Translations under genes and position numbers: made by a program
Notes under the pieces: generated by a model
What the model was told of the DNA's origin: nothing
Database searches by the model: none
Seen by the model: the letters and a program-made list of their open reading frames with translations, nothing else
Source of the DNA: an uncultured Candidatus Saccharibacteria bacterium
GTDB lineage: Bacteria > Patescibacteriota > Andersenbacteria > UBA10190
Assembly (NCBI GenBank): GCA_964450915.1
Contig: CAYVFG010000003.1
Location: 3,217-67,216, forward strand
Reading direction: 5' to 3'
Length of the DNA stretch: 64,000 nt
Part shown: positions 8,730 to 18,775 of the stretch, piece by piece
Layout: each line of letters opens with the position of its first letter
Numbering within the stretch: the stretch's first letter is position 1

Positions 8730-9956
8730 TTATCGTAAAACAATCATTGAGCGAACATAGTTGAGGCCATAGCTTCTGTTTTGTCCGAGCGGGTCTTGCA
8801 TCTGGTATGAGTTGCCAACTTTTCCTTGGATGACGATAAAATGGGATGATCCGTCGGAATTAATTGCGCCTACTTGCGGTAAATAGATGCTGACGATAAC
8901 TGGGCGGCCCGCCTTGAGTTCGTCATCAACCGTAGCCCAGTTTACGCCAGTTTTTTCTTGGATAGAAAGTCCAACGCCCGACGCAACTGCATTTGTGTTT
9001 GCGTACCCGCCTCGGGTAAACCAGCTTGGGTGGTTTGCGATCTGTGCGGGGGTGACATGGTATCCCTTCTTTGTTGCAACCATGGCAAGCGATGTGATGA
9101 GGCATCCGTAATCATGAACGGTGTATGGACTGTATCCGAGCGTGTCGTAATAATTTAATTGATTGTACGACCAAGATGCTGCAGGGGCGGATACGATATC
9201 GTTACCCCAGTGGGCTTGCGCTACTAAGTTCTGTAATTTTCGCTGCGTTTCTGCGATCTGCTGCTTAATGACTGCCTGGTCTGCTGCATACGATTGAATT
9301 TGCGCCTTGGTTGCGGACAATAAATAATTCGTTTGATTCGTTTGATACGATAAATCTTTTTGATGCCCGGTAAGATTTTCGTGGAGGTTGCTTAAGGAAT
9401 CTTTTTGTTTTTGCAGATTATTTTTTTGCTGCTGAAGATCTGCTTGCAGAGCGCGCGTGTCGTTTACTCGCTTTTGAATGTTGTCTTGTAATTGCTTCAA
9501 GTAATCCATGTCGTTCGTCACTTCTGAAAACGAAGATCCGGAAAGAAGGATCGCAAGTTGGGGGGTTTGTGATTCAGTGTACAATTGCACGATTTCAGAT
9601 TCGAGCTGTGCCTGGAGCTGGGTAAGCTGCTGCTGTTCGGAATCTATGTATCCTGACACCTGGTCAATCTGAGTGGAGGTGTCGGAAATTTTGCCTTGGG
9701 TATCTTTGATTTGCGCTTGAGTTGTTTGGAGCTTGCTGCCTAAGTCCGCCAAAGCTTGTTTATAGCTATAGGCAGTTTGCTGTTTCTCGTTAATTTTTTG
9801 TTGTCCTTGGGCCAGTTTTGCTTGCAAGGCCTTGATGGCAGCATTGCAGCTCTCCGCATCGGTACACGTAACAGCTTGCGCAGATTGCAAAGCAACCGCG
9901 AAGAACATACTAGCTAACACGACGATGCTAGTCACCTTTTTCCAAACAATACGCAT
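8730..9956 (-). CDS. Secreted PcsB-like coiled coil with C-terminal C39-like (papain-fold) peptidase
   Basis: Signal peptide, long coiled coil, YNQ..GCLITSLAM..HFIVI..QDP catalytic pattern. Confidence 0.8.
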   Translation of the reverse strand: MRIVWKKVTSIVVLASMFFAVALQSAQAVTCTDAESCNAAIKALQAKLAQGQQKINEKQQTAYSYKQALADLGSKLQTTQAQIKDTQGKISDTSTQIDQVSGYIDSEQQQLTQLQAQLESEIVQLYTESQTPQLAILLSGSSFSEVTNDMDYLKQLQDNIQKRVNDTRALQADLQQQKNNLQKQKDSLSNLHENLTGHQKDLSYQTNQTNYLLSATKAQIQSYAADQAVIKQQIAETQRKLQNLVAQAHWGNDIVSAPAASWSYNQLNYYDTLGYSPYTVHDYGCLITSLAMVATKKGYHVTPAQIANHPSWFTRGGYANTNAVASGVGLSIQEKTGVNWATVDDELKAGRPVIVSIYLPQVGAINSDGSSHFIVIQGKVGNSYQMQDPLGQNRSYGLNYVRSMIVLR

Positions 9957-10024
9957 GTGTTCTCATATAATACTGTTTTTTAATGGATTTTGCTAGGTTG
10001 TATATATTGGTTTACTGTCACTAT

Positions 10025-10594
10025 ATGCCTAAGGTGCGATTGGATGTGCTTATAGAGGGTTTTGCTGATGAGTCAAGCTTGAAACAGCATGGAACTGCTC
10101 GATATCAACCGAATATTGTGTTGATGCGTGTTGATGATCTAGTGATTATTGTAGATCCGGGAACGGTGGAAAGGCAGTCAGATATTGCGGACGCCTTGGC
10201 AGTGCAAGGCTTGAAAGTATCAGATGTGACACATGTTATTCATACGCATCATCATTTGGATCACAGTCGCAATACGGGAATGTTTATGGATGTTCCAGTT
10301 ATCGATGCATGGGCAGTGTGGAAGGGAGTTGATTACGACAGAAAGCCCACGGCTTTGCATGAATTAATTCGCTTGCAGCCAACCCCCGGACATTCGTATG
10401 ACAGCTTGACGGTATTTGCAGACACGGAAGATGGTATCGTCGCAATCTGTGGCGATGTATTTTGGTGGAAAGGCGACACGCAATCAGATGTATATGCAAC
10501 GGATGTAGAAGATCTTGCGAAAAGTCGCGCGCTTGTTCTTGAGCAATCAGATTTCGTTATCCCCGGACATGGTCCGAAATTTAAAACGAAGTAG
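10025..10594 (+). CDS. MBL-fold metallo-hydrolase
   Basis: THHHLDH, TPGH, GD and PGHG motifs. Confidence 0.9.
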   Translation: MPKVRLDVLIEGFADESSLKQHGTARYQPNIVLMRVDDLVIIVDPGTVERQSDIADALAVQGLKVSDVTHVIHTHHHLDHSRNTGMFMDVPVIDAWAVWKGVDYDRKPTALHELIRLQPTPGHSYDSLTVFADTEDGIVAICGDVFWWKGDTQSDVYATDVEDLAKSRALVLEQSDFVIPGHGPKFKTK

Positions 10595-10596
10595 GG

Positions 10597-11673
10597 TTAT
10601 TCGACCGCGATTGAAGTAGCGAGCCCTGCTTTGTTATATTGCCATACGATTTCTCCGGTTTGGGGGTTCACCTCGATAATTCTTCGTTTGCCGGCCTCAG
10701 AAATAAGAACGTTGCCGTTGCCGAGCTTAATGGCATCTGTCGGATAGTTCAGCGTTGATCCGTCTTTGAGCTGGTGCAAGGTCCACAGAATTTGGCCATT
10801 TTCAGTAACTTCAAACACCTCGTTTTTTAAATGATCTTCCGCGATAAACGTTCCGTCCGCAGTGGGGAATACATTTTGCAGCCATTTGCCCCCGACATCT
10901 TGCCATTGCCAAGCGATATTTTTTGTAGCTCGATCAATAATCATGATTTTGTTTGTAAGCGTGTCGGAAATTAAAATTCGAGAACCTTGGTCATCGAGCG
11001 GCATGGCGAATCGATTTCCTTTTAAGTATCCTGGCGCATCTCTCATCTCCGCTTTGTGCCCATACTCCCAAACGATCTGCTTTGTAGCTTTATTGATAAT
11101 AACAACGCGCCTGTTGTTTGCGTCTGTTACTAATACTTCTGTTCCATTATTGAGCAGGTACGCTTTTTTAGGTTGATGCAGGCATTTGTCGCAATATTGC
11201 TGGTTTAATACGCCATATTGCCATACGACTTCGTGGCTAGTGCGGTCTAATTCCTGAATGAGCATGCCGTTCGATGTAGCTGCCATAATGTCGCCATTTG
11301 GCGCAACGGTCATAAATTCGACGTTGGATGCTTGTCCGCTATCCGTAACAGACGGGAACGAAAATGTTTGAGACCATGTGAGTTGGCCCGTTGCGCGGTT
11401 GATCGCAGCGATGCGATCGCCGGAATAGTCCGTAAACCACACGGTACTAAATTCTCGAGGAGCGCTGGGCGATACGGATGGCACGGGGGAAGCGCCCAGC
11501 CCATTTGAAAGCATGTCGCTTATGGATTGAGACAATGGCAGGAGTGCGGATGAAAAATTGTTTTTTCCGGCAGGTAAGTTTTTTTCAGTTATAAAAAATG
11601 CATATATTGCAAACCCCGCAATACAAAAACATAGGAAAGAAAACATCGTAAATAAGCCGATTTTTACTGACAT
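10597..11673 (-). CDS. Membrane-anchored beta-propeller (PQQ-like / arylsulfotransferase-like repeats)
   Basis: N-terminal TM; repeated l.td..n.Rv..id..t.eivWqy. Confidence 0.75.
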   Translation of the reverse strand: MSVKIGLFTMFSFLCFCIAGFAIYAFFITEKNLPAGKNNFSSALLPLSQSISDMLSNGLGASPVPSVSPSAPREFSTVWFTDYSGDRIAAINRATGQLTWSQTFSFPSVTDSGQASNVEFMTVAPNGDIMAATSNGMLIQELDRTSHEVVWQYGVLNQQYCDKCLHQPKKAYLLNNGTEVLVTDANNRRVVIINKATKQIVWEYGHKAEMRDAPGYLKGNRFAMPLDDQGSRILISDTLTNKIMIIDRATKNIAWQWQDVGGKWLQNVFPTADGTFIAEDHLKNEVFEVTENGQILWTLHQLKDGSTLNYPTDAIKLGNGNVLISEAGKRRIIEVNPQTGEIVWQYNKAGLATSIAVE

Positions 11674-11748
11674 ATTACGCTCTATATTACTCGATGTTGA
11701 CAATTTTTACACCTCGTGTATTATGTTAGTTAATCTAACTATTTATAT

Positions 11749-12162
11749 ATGGAACAATTAGACCATTTAATAACGCTTATATTCGGCGTCGCGAAGCAGA
11801 CGAAGGAATATATAAAGTCTGCGGAGGGTATTACGCTTTCCCCCGGGCAATTGCAGACGCTTAAGTTCGTCCATGAACATAAGAACCCGCTCATGAAAGA
11901 CGTATCCGGATACCTGTGCGTAGCACCACCTTCTGCAACAGCTTTGATAGACCATCTTTCAAAAGGCGAATATTTAGACAGAATTGCAGATAAAAATGAC
12001 CGCAGAATAGTACGGCTCAAGATTACGAAGAAAGGCCAAGCAGAAGTAAAGAAGTCGTATCAAATAATGGCGAAGCATTTAAAAGAAGTGTTAAAAAAAT
12101 TAAGCGACACGGAAGTAAAGCAGTTTACAACTATTTTAGAGAAACTCTATGAACAAAAATAA
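11749..12162 (+). CDS. MarR-family transcriptional regulator
   Basis: Winged HTH with DRR wing motif. Confidence 0.9.
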   Translation: MEQLDHLITLIFGVAKQTKEYIKSAEGITLSPGQLQTLKFVHEHKNPLMKDVSGYLCVAPPSATALIDHLSKGEYLDRIADKNDRRIVRLKITKKGQAEVKKSYQIMAKHLKEVLKKLSDTEVKQFTTILEKLYEQK

Positions 12163-13429
12163 TATTATTATCGGAAGTATTGCAGTAATCGTTCTTGCTG
12201 GCGCGGGATGGTTCGGTGCGCGCATTTTTATGACGCCGGCTCCTGTCATGCATGCTGTTGCAATTGGCAACCACGATGTTGTGCAAGAAGTATCTGCGGC
12301 AGGGCAAGTAGAATCTGTTGATACGCACGAGCTGGCGTTCGGAACAAGCGGAATTGTAAAAACAGTCCTTGTCCAAAAAGGCGATACGGTAAAGGTCGGG
12401 CAGGTACTTGCAACCCTTGATGCTTCAGATATTGCAATGCAGCGCGCAAGCGCCAACGCTGTAGTGATCGGCGATCAGCAGGCGGCGCAACAGAGTCTTG
12501 TAAACGCGCAAACTGCGTTGTCTCAGCTTAAGAAGGCAGATGCGGCAAGTATTGCAAATGCTACGCAAAAAGTGCTTGATACTCGCACATACATGAACAA
12601 GATGCAGGATATTTTTACGGATGTGAGCAACGACGGCGATATTGATACTACGTCGGTCACATATATAACTTCGGCGCAGGCGCTTGCGAGTGCAAAAAAT
12701 GCGTATAACGAAGCGGTAACAAGTTTGCATGCGTTACAGGCAAGCGTAAAGCAGACAGAATCGGGCGCGGAGTCCCAGGTAGCTTCGGCGCAGATTTCTC
12801 AAACGCTTAAATCGAGCACGATCAATGCATCTGGCGACTTGTCTGCAAATCAGGCGCAGCTTGGGTACCAAAATGCGGTGCTTAGTAAAACAATTTTGCG
12901 TGCTCCTGTTTCAGGAGTGCTTAGTTCCGTAGATGTGCATGTTGGAGAATATGCATCTCCTGCTAAGTCCAGCGCAACATTGCTATCACAAGCGCTTAAA
13001 ATTACGGCCAGTGTTTCCGAGAAAGACATTGCAAATGTCGAAGTGGGGCAACATGCAACCATTACGATTGATGCGCTAGGTTCTCAAAAATTTGACGCGA
13101 CCGTTACGTCTATTGACCCTGCTGCAACGATTGATTCGGGAGTAGCGTCATATGGAATTACTCTTGAGTTTGTAAAGCCGGATAGTCATATTATTTCCGG
13201 CATGACCGCAAATGTTGCAATTCCTGTTGCAGAAAAGAAGGACGTGCTCGCCGTGCCAGCTGACGCGGTATTTTCTGATGGCGATACGTATTTTGTGAAT
13301 ATTTCAGATTCGGAAAACAAATCTCATAAACAAACAGTGCAGCTTGGTATTCGCGGAACAAACGGATATGACGAGGTTATTTCCGGAGTATCATCTGGCG
13401 ACTTAGTTCTATCTTTTAGCTCTAAATAA
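12149..13429 (+). CDS. Efflux periplasmic adaptor (MFP, MacA/HlyD-like)
   Basis: Lipoyl halves (G.V..V.V..GD.VK.GQ.L; LRAPVSG), alpha hairpin, membrane-proximal domain. Confidence 0.85.
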   Translation: MNKNNIIIGSIAVIVLAGAGWFGARIFMTPAPVMHAVAIGNHDVVQEVSAAGQVESVDTHELAFGTSGIVKTVLVQKGDTVKVGQVLATLDASDIAMQRASANAVVIGDQQAAQQSLVNAQTALSQLKKADAASIANATQKVLDTRTYMNKMQDIFTDVSNDGDIDTTSVTYITSAQALASAKNAYNEAVTSLHALQASVKQTESGAESQVASAQISQTLKSSTINASGDLSANQAQLGYQNAVLSKTILRAPVSGVLSSVDVHVGEYASPAKSSATLLSQALKITASVSEKDIANVEVGQHATITIDALGSQKFDATVTSIDPAATIDSGVASYGITLEFVKPDSHIISGMTANVAIPVAEKKDVLAVPADAVFSDGDTYFVNISDSENKSHKQTVQLGIRGTNGYDEVISGVSSGDLVLSFSSK

Positions 13430-13434
13430 CTTTT

Positions 13435-14088
13435 ATGTCACAAGAACAAGTTACAAATCGAACTGATCACGTTATCGGAATTTGGAACAGGCCAAGCGTT
13501 CGAATCGGAATAATCATAGGGCTCATTGCACTTATCGCGGGCATTGCTATCTGGATTCGAATTGAAAATAGCAGAGTGTATATTGAAAAATCTATTATCA
13601 CAGCTCCTGCTATTGAATTGTCGCCGCAAACATCGGGCACTCTTGAGCAAGTATATGTTCATGAAGGAGACGTAGTAAACGAAAATACGATTGTAGTGCG
13701 AGTTGGGAATGAACTGGTGAAAACAAAAACATCGGGGCAGATTGTGTATACGCTGAATACAGTAGGTTCGCTTATAAATCGCGGAACAGTTGTTGCGAGG
13801 CTGATTCACCCGCAAGACTTGCGCGTAGACGGGCAAGTGCAGGAGAACAAAGGATTGAGCGATATTCGCGTTGGGCAAACGGCCATGTTTACAGTAGATG
13901 CATTCGGATCTAAAAAATTTACCGGAGTTGTTGATGAAGTTGCTAATACGTCCAGATCCGGGGATGTGGTATTCAGCATTTCCGATAAGCGAGCGCAGCA
14001 AGATTTCGACGTAAAAGTTCGGTTCGATGCGAGCTCGTATCCGGAGCTCAAGAACGGAATGTCTGCAAAAGTTTGGGTACAGAAGTAG
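13435..14088 (+). CDS. Short HlyD/EmrA-family adaptor lacking the alpha hairpin
   Basis: TM, directly joined lipoyl halves, beta barrel ending LKNGMSAKV. Confidence 0.8.
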   Translation: MSQEQVTNRTDHVIGIWNRPSVRIGIIIGLIALIAGIAIWIRIENSRVYIEKSIITAPAIELSPQTSGTLEQVYVHEGDVVNENTIVVRVGNELVKTKTSGQIVYTLNTVGSLINRGTVVARLIHPQDLRVDGQVQENKGLSDIRVGQTAMFTVDAFGSKKFTGVVDEVANTSRSGDVVFSISDKRAQQDFDVKVRFDASSYPELKNGMSAKVWVQK

Positions 14089-14094
14089 TCTGCT

Positions 14095-15579
14095 ATGGCA
14101 AACGGCGGTTCGTTAAAATGGTGGGTACTGTTTACGGTTATTATCGGCACGTTTTTGGGCCGTCTCGATCAGACGATCGTGAATTTGGCGTTGCCGAAAA
14201 TTATCGATGATTTCAGTATTACCGTAACGAGCGCAGGTTGGATTGCAACTGCGTACATTTTAGCCAATGCCGTATTCGTTCCTATCTGGGGAAAGCTCGG
14301 AGATACGATTGGCCGTAAAAAAGTATACTTGCTTGGCTTTATTATATTTATTATCGGTTCGGTATTGGCAGGGCTTTCTTGGAATTTAACTTCCATGATT
14401 ATTTTTCGCGTTATTCAGGCAATTGCAGGGTCCGCGGATTATCCAACTGCCATGGCAATTCTTGCCGTTACATTTGATAAGGGAAAAGAGCGCGCGCAAG
14501 CATTAGGCATCTGGTCTGCGTCGTTTGCCGTTGCCGCAGTGTTCGGTCCGCTGATCGGAGGCCCGCTCATTGACGCATTCGGATGGCGATCTGTGTTTTT
14601 AATTAATTTGCCAGTCGGACTAGTCGGGTTGCTTATGGCATGGATTTTCGTTACGGAGTCTACGTCGTTGAAGAAAACAGTTTCGTTCGATTGGTGGGGC
14701 GCAATTGCGTTGGGAGGCGCGCTCGCCTCGCTTGTCTTAGTGCTCGATAAGGGCATTGATTGGGGATGGGTATCGTGGCAAAGCGTCGCATGCTATATCG
14801 CAGTAGCTATTTTCTCCGCAATATTCTACAGAATTGAAACGACGCATGTTGAACCGATTGTAGACTTTAAATTTTTCAAATTACCGGTATTTACAAACGT
14901 CCTTATAAATAATTTCATCGTATTTATGGCAATGATGGGGAGCTTCTTCTTAATCCCCGTGTTTGCCTCCACATTCTTAGGGTATGACGCCACGCAAACA
15001 GGATACTTATTTATTCCCATGGCAATTGCAATCATGGTTGCTGCTCCCCTAGGCGGAAGCTTGACCGGGAAAGTAAGCGCTCGAACAGTTATTATGGGAA
15101 GCACGTTTGTGTCTGCAATCGGGCTATTTATGTTTTTAGGGATTGATGTGCGTTCGAGTGCGTGGGATTTGATTATTCCAATGGCAGTGATGGCATTTGG
15201 AATCGGGTTTGGGATGTCGCAGCGTACCGGAGTTATCGCGGCTGTTGTTCCTGATACGGAAATTGGTGTGGCGTCTTCTATTTTGGCTCTAGCGCGAAAT
15301 ATTGCAGGAGCATTCGGGGTAGCATTATTCGCAACTGTTTTACATAATGTTACGGAATCAAATCTGCTTTCTATTGCACGCAATAGTACGATCAATATTA
15401 CAAATGCTCTGCAGTATCATGAAGCAATTGCGCTTATGGAATTGCAGGCGCAAGTAACTGCATACCGAACGGTGTTTTATGTCGCAGGGTTTGTGATGCT
15501 TTTGGGGGCTATCACTGCGTGGTGGATCAAAGTATCCAAGAGCGCAGAAATGCACGACAAGGAAGTGATTGTTGAATAA
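14095..15579 (+). CDS. MFS DHA2 (EmrB/QacA) efflux transporter
   Basis: LDQTIVNLALP, GKLGDTIGRKK, GPLIGG, WRSVFLINLPVG. Confidence 0.92.
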   Translation: MANGGSLKWWVLFTVIIGTFLGRLDQTIVNLALPKIIDDFSITVTSAGWIATAYILANAVFVPIWGKLGDTIGRKKVYLLGFIIFIIGSVLAGLSWNLTSMIIFRVIQAIAGSADYPTAMAILAVTFDKGKERAQALGIWSASFAVAAVFGPLIGGPLIDAFGWRSVFLINLPVGLVGLLMAWIFVTESTSLKKTVSFDWWGAIALGGALASLVLVLDKGIDWGWVSWQSVACYIAVAIFSAIFYRIETTHVEPIVDFKFFKLPVFTNVLINNFIVFMAMMGSFFLIPVFASTFLGYDATQTGYLFIPMAIAIMVAAPLGGSLTGKVSARTVIMGSTFVSAIGLFMFLGIDVRSSAWDLIIPMAVMAFGIGFGMSQRTGVIAAVVPDTEIGVASSILALARNIAGAFGVALFATVLHNVTESNLLSIARNSTINITNALQYHEAIALMELQAQVTAYRTVFYVAGFVMLLGAITAWWIKVSKSAEMHDKEVIVE

Positions 15580-15659
15580 AGGGTTGCAACATACGAACAA
15601 AAGAAGATAATAACAAAACTGTACATTTACCCTACGCGTCGTAAGAAAGGACGTGCTCT

Positions 15660-16136
15660 ATGAAGTCGGGCGACTTGAGCGTGTTGTTTGGTCGGTTGGA
15701 AATAGTGAAGAGGTGCGTGATTTCGGAACTGAATTCCGGATACGTTATTTTGAGAGATCCTGTAAACAACGAATTTCTCATTGGTCCAAATGGAGCCGCA
15801 TTTCTTTCAATGCTCCTTCGATGTTCGCTGGAACCCGATGAATTGCTCGGAGCCAATTCGTTTGAAGGATGCAGTATCAGCGCGTTATGCGTTCGATACA
15901 GCAACGTTCTTAAAGTCTACTTTCGAGGCCACTCTACTTGGGAGTCTCAAGGAGAGGTAGCGCTTTGGGAGGAACGCAAAAGAGTGTTGAGAATCGAACT
16001 TGTCGATAGGACGGTAAACGCAAAGTGGAATTTTGCCGGAATCGGTATGCGGATTGTATATGAGACGCATACCGGAAAAGAGTGCGCGATTGTCTATGAC
16101 AATTCCTTGCGACCAATAAAGGAGGAACCCAATTAG
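15660..16136 (+). CDS. Hypothetical protein
   Basis: SD GAAAGGA; terminator 16139-16171. Confidence 0.55.
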   Translation: MKSGDLSVLFGRLEIVKRCVISELNSGYVILRDPVNNEFLIGPNGAAFLSMLLRCSLEPDELLGANSFEGCSISALCVRYSNVLKVYFRGHSTWESQGEVALWEERKRVLRIELVDRTVNAKWNFAGIGMRIVYETHTGKECAIVYDNSLRPIKEEPN

Positions 16137-16179
16137 TCAAACCCCGCATACGCTCTGCGGGGTATTTTCTTATTAATAA

Positions 16180-17013
16180 TTATCGAACAAGGAGAATGAT
16201 GCTTGCAAGTACTCCTGCAACCATGCAGTATATTGCAAACGGTTTGAGCGTATTTGTTTGAAAGAATTTGGTTAAGTATTTGATGGAAAAATACGCTGCA
16301 ACCCCTGCACACAATGCACCTACTACTGTTGGCATAAGCGCCACTTGGCCTGCGCCGTGGAGTAGTCCGGGAAGTTTCAGTGCTGATGCTGCAAAAATAA
16401 TTGGCGTTGCAAGGAGAAATGAATATGTTACGGAATCAGCATGGGTAAGACCTGCGAATAGACCCCCCGCTATAGTTGCCCCCGTCCTGGAGAATCCTGG
16501 GAATAACGCCACGATCTGCGCAATACCTACATAGAGCGCTTGTGCGAATGTGACGTTTTGAATATTTGATCCTGTTTTTTTCGGGATTAATTCCGCTACA
16601 TATAAAACAATTCCATTGAGCAATAAAAACAATGCAGCATAGCTTGGAAGGGCAAATAGCGTTTTTAATTTATGCTCGAATATAAGACCGAGCAATCCTG
16701 CAGGGATTGTGCCAATGATAAGCAGCCAAGCAAGTTTTGCATCTGCATTTGTTTTTACAAGCGTTCTATTGCCAAGCGATGCGAAAAATCCTTTTGCCAA
16801 TGCAATCCATGTCGTCCAATAAAAACCGATAAGGACAAGCGCCGTTGCAAGGTGCGTACCTACTAAAAAGTTCAAGAAAAACGGATCATTTTGCAAATCG
16901 TTCCAGCCAAGCAGTGCGGGAAAGATAACGCTATGCCCCAGGCTTGATATTGGAAATAGCTCTGTTACTCCTTGAAGTGCTCCTAAGGTAATTGCTTGAA
17001 AAAGTGTAATCAT
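16180..17013 (-). CDS. uppP: Undecaprenyl-diphosphate phosphatase
   Basis: QGVTELFPISSLGH and PGFSRTGAT motifs. Confidence 0.93.
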   Translation of the reverse strand: MITLFQAITLGALQGVTELFPISSLGHSVIFPALLGWNDLQNDPFFLNFLVGTHLATALVLIGFYWTTWIALAKGFFASLGNRTLVKTNADAKLAWLLIIGTIPAGLLGLIFEHKLKTLFALPSYAALFLLLNGIVLYVAELIPKKTGSNIQNVTFAQALYVGIAQIVALFPGFSRTGATIAGGLFAGLTHADSVTYSFLLATPIIFAASALKLPGLLHGAGQVALMPTVVGALCAGVAAYFSIKYLTKFFQTNTLKPFAIYCMVAGVLASIILLVR

Positions 17014-17020
17014 ATCCTGT

Positions 17021-17028
17021 AGTATACT
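17021..17028. promoter_or_regulatory. Palindromic bidirectional -10 box (AGTATACT) shared by uppP and argS
   Basis: TATACT on both strands, 6-7 nt from each ATG. Confidence 0.6.
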
Positions 17029-17034
17029 GTATCT

Positions 17035-18732
17035 ATGATGAACATCAGAAAAGCGCTGATTGGTGATATTTCTGCCGGAATTGCAAAGGCGGTGGAGGCT
17101 GGCGACCTGCCTGCTCACGCAGAAAAAATGGCCGTTATGGTGAAGCAAACCGAAAGCGTTGGGCATGGAGATTATGCCAGTCCGGTAGCTTTGGCAATTG
17201 GAAAGCAGGCGAAAAAAAATCCCCTTGATATTGTTGAAGTTATCGTCAAGCACATGCCGAAAAAGGAATATGTAGAAATGATCGAGGCCGCAAAGCCAGG
17301 TTTTTTGAATATTACGATCAGCACGGATTACTTAGCATCTCGCATGGACGATATTTCTCATGAAGATATTTGCGAGGCGTGCAATATCGGAAACGAGAAG
17401 ACGATTAATATGGAATTTATTTCCGCGAATCCGACGGGGCCGCTCACGCTCGGCAATGCCCGCACTGCGTTTAGCGCAGATACTCTTGCAAATGTATTTG
17501 TGTGCGCCGGATACAACGTGACGCGAGAATATTATATTAATGATGCAGGGGAGCAAATTCGGCGATTGGGTGAGTCGGTATTGCGAAGAATAATTCAGCA
17601 GGAGGGGCATAAAGTGGAATTTCCCGAAGATTTGTATCAAGGGGAATATATTTCAGAGATGGCAAAGGATATTGCCGAGGAATTTGCGGAAACGGAAAAA
17701 AAGAAATTCGATAAAGCTGATTTGGAAAACGAAGAATTGCTCGCGCGAATCAGCACGCTTGCCATGGAACGATGCTTGCTTGCCATCAAGAAAACAATTA
17801 GCGACGACTTGAAGATTAGCTTTGACGTATTTAGTTCGGAGCGCGTGGTGCGAGATAGCGGCGAAATTGAAAACGTTTTAACGAAACTTCGCAAAAAAGA
17901 ACTGACATTTACAAAAGAGGGCGCAGAATTTTTACAGACAACGAAATTCGGCGATGATAAGGATCGCGTCATTGTTAAAAAAGACGGATCGTATGCGTAT
18001 ATCACCCCGGACATTGCGTATCACCAGGATAAGTTCGACAGGAAATACGATATGATTTTTACATTCCTAGGGGCCGATCACCAGGGCCACATTCCGAAAT
18101 TGAAAGCGGCGCTATCTGCGCTTGGGAACGATGTTGAAAAATTGCACATGATAGTCGCGCAATTTTTGGCGATCACGCAAGGCGGAAAGCCGGTGAAGTT
18201 ATCTAAGAGAAAGGGTAATGTGTACGGCCCTAAGGATTTAATAGAAGAAATCGGATACGATGCCGCCCGCTTCTTTATGGTGCAGCACGCACTGCAGCAT
18301 CATATGGTGCTCGATTTGGAAGTTGCGAAAGAAAAGAGCGAGGCTAATCCGGTATACTACGTGCAGTATGCGTATGTTCGCTTACAGTCTATTTTACGAA
18401 AGGCAAAAGAAATGGGTATTGCGGTTGACGGTGATACAGAAATTTCAGAAAAAGTTTCGCTTACAAACGATTCTGAGCGAGCACTGGCGCTTGCCTTGCA
18501 CAAATTCCCGGAAATCATTGAAGATATTGCAGGTTCGTATGCGGTGCATCAGCTGGCATTTTTTGCATACGACTTGGCACGTGCTGTAAACGTATTTTAT
18601 CGAGATGTGCCGATTTTGGCAGAAGAAGACGAAACGCTTCGTCTCTCCCGCTTGCAGATCGCCCTTTCTGCGCGATTTGTATTGTCGAAAACCCTCGACT
18701 TGCTTGGAATTTCCAAGCCGGATGTGATGTAG
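17035..18732 (+). CDS. argS: Arginine--tRNA ligase
   Basis: GDYAS, EFISANPTGPL, REYYINDAG, YYVQYAYVR. Confidence 0.96.
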   Translation: MMNIRKALIGDISAGIAKAVEAGDLPAHAEKMAVMVKQTESVGHGDYASPVALAIGKQAKKNPLDIVEVIVKHMPKKEYVEMIEAAKPGFLNITISTDYLASRMDDISHEDICEACNIGNEKTINMEFISANPTGPLTLGNARTAFSADTLANVFVCAGYNVTREYYINDAGEQIRRLGESVLRRIIQQEGHKVEFPEDLYQGEYISEMAKDIAEEFAETEKKKFDKADLENEELLARISTLAMERCLLAIKKTISDDLKISFDVFSSERVVRDSGEIENVLTKLRKKELTFTKEGAEFLQTTKFGDDKDRVIVKKDGSYAYITPDIAYHQDKFDRKYDMIFTFLGADHQGHIPKLKAALSALGNDVEKLHMIVAQFLAITQGGKPVKLSKRKGNVYGPKDLIEEIGYDAARFFMVQHALQHHMVLDLEVAKEKSEANPVYYVQYAYVRLQSILRKAKEMGIAVDGDTEISEKVSLTNDSERALALALHKFPEIIEDIAGSYAVHQLAFFAYDLARAVNVFYRDVPILAEEDETLRLSRLQIALSARFVLSKTLDLLGISKPDVM

Positions 18733-18775
18733 CAAGGTTTTTGCCTAAAAAGGGCATCTGCCGTATGCTACAAGC

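Noticed and set aside
1-16200. Prophage or ICE
   Set aside because: No integrase, structural, relaxase or att features; it looks like a patchwork of accessory genes
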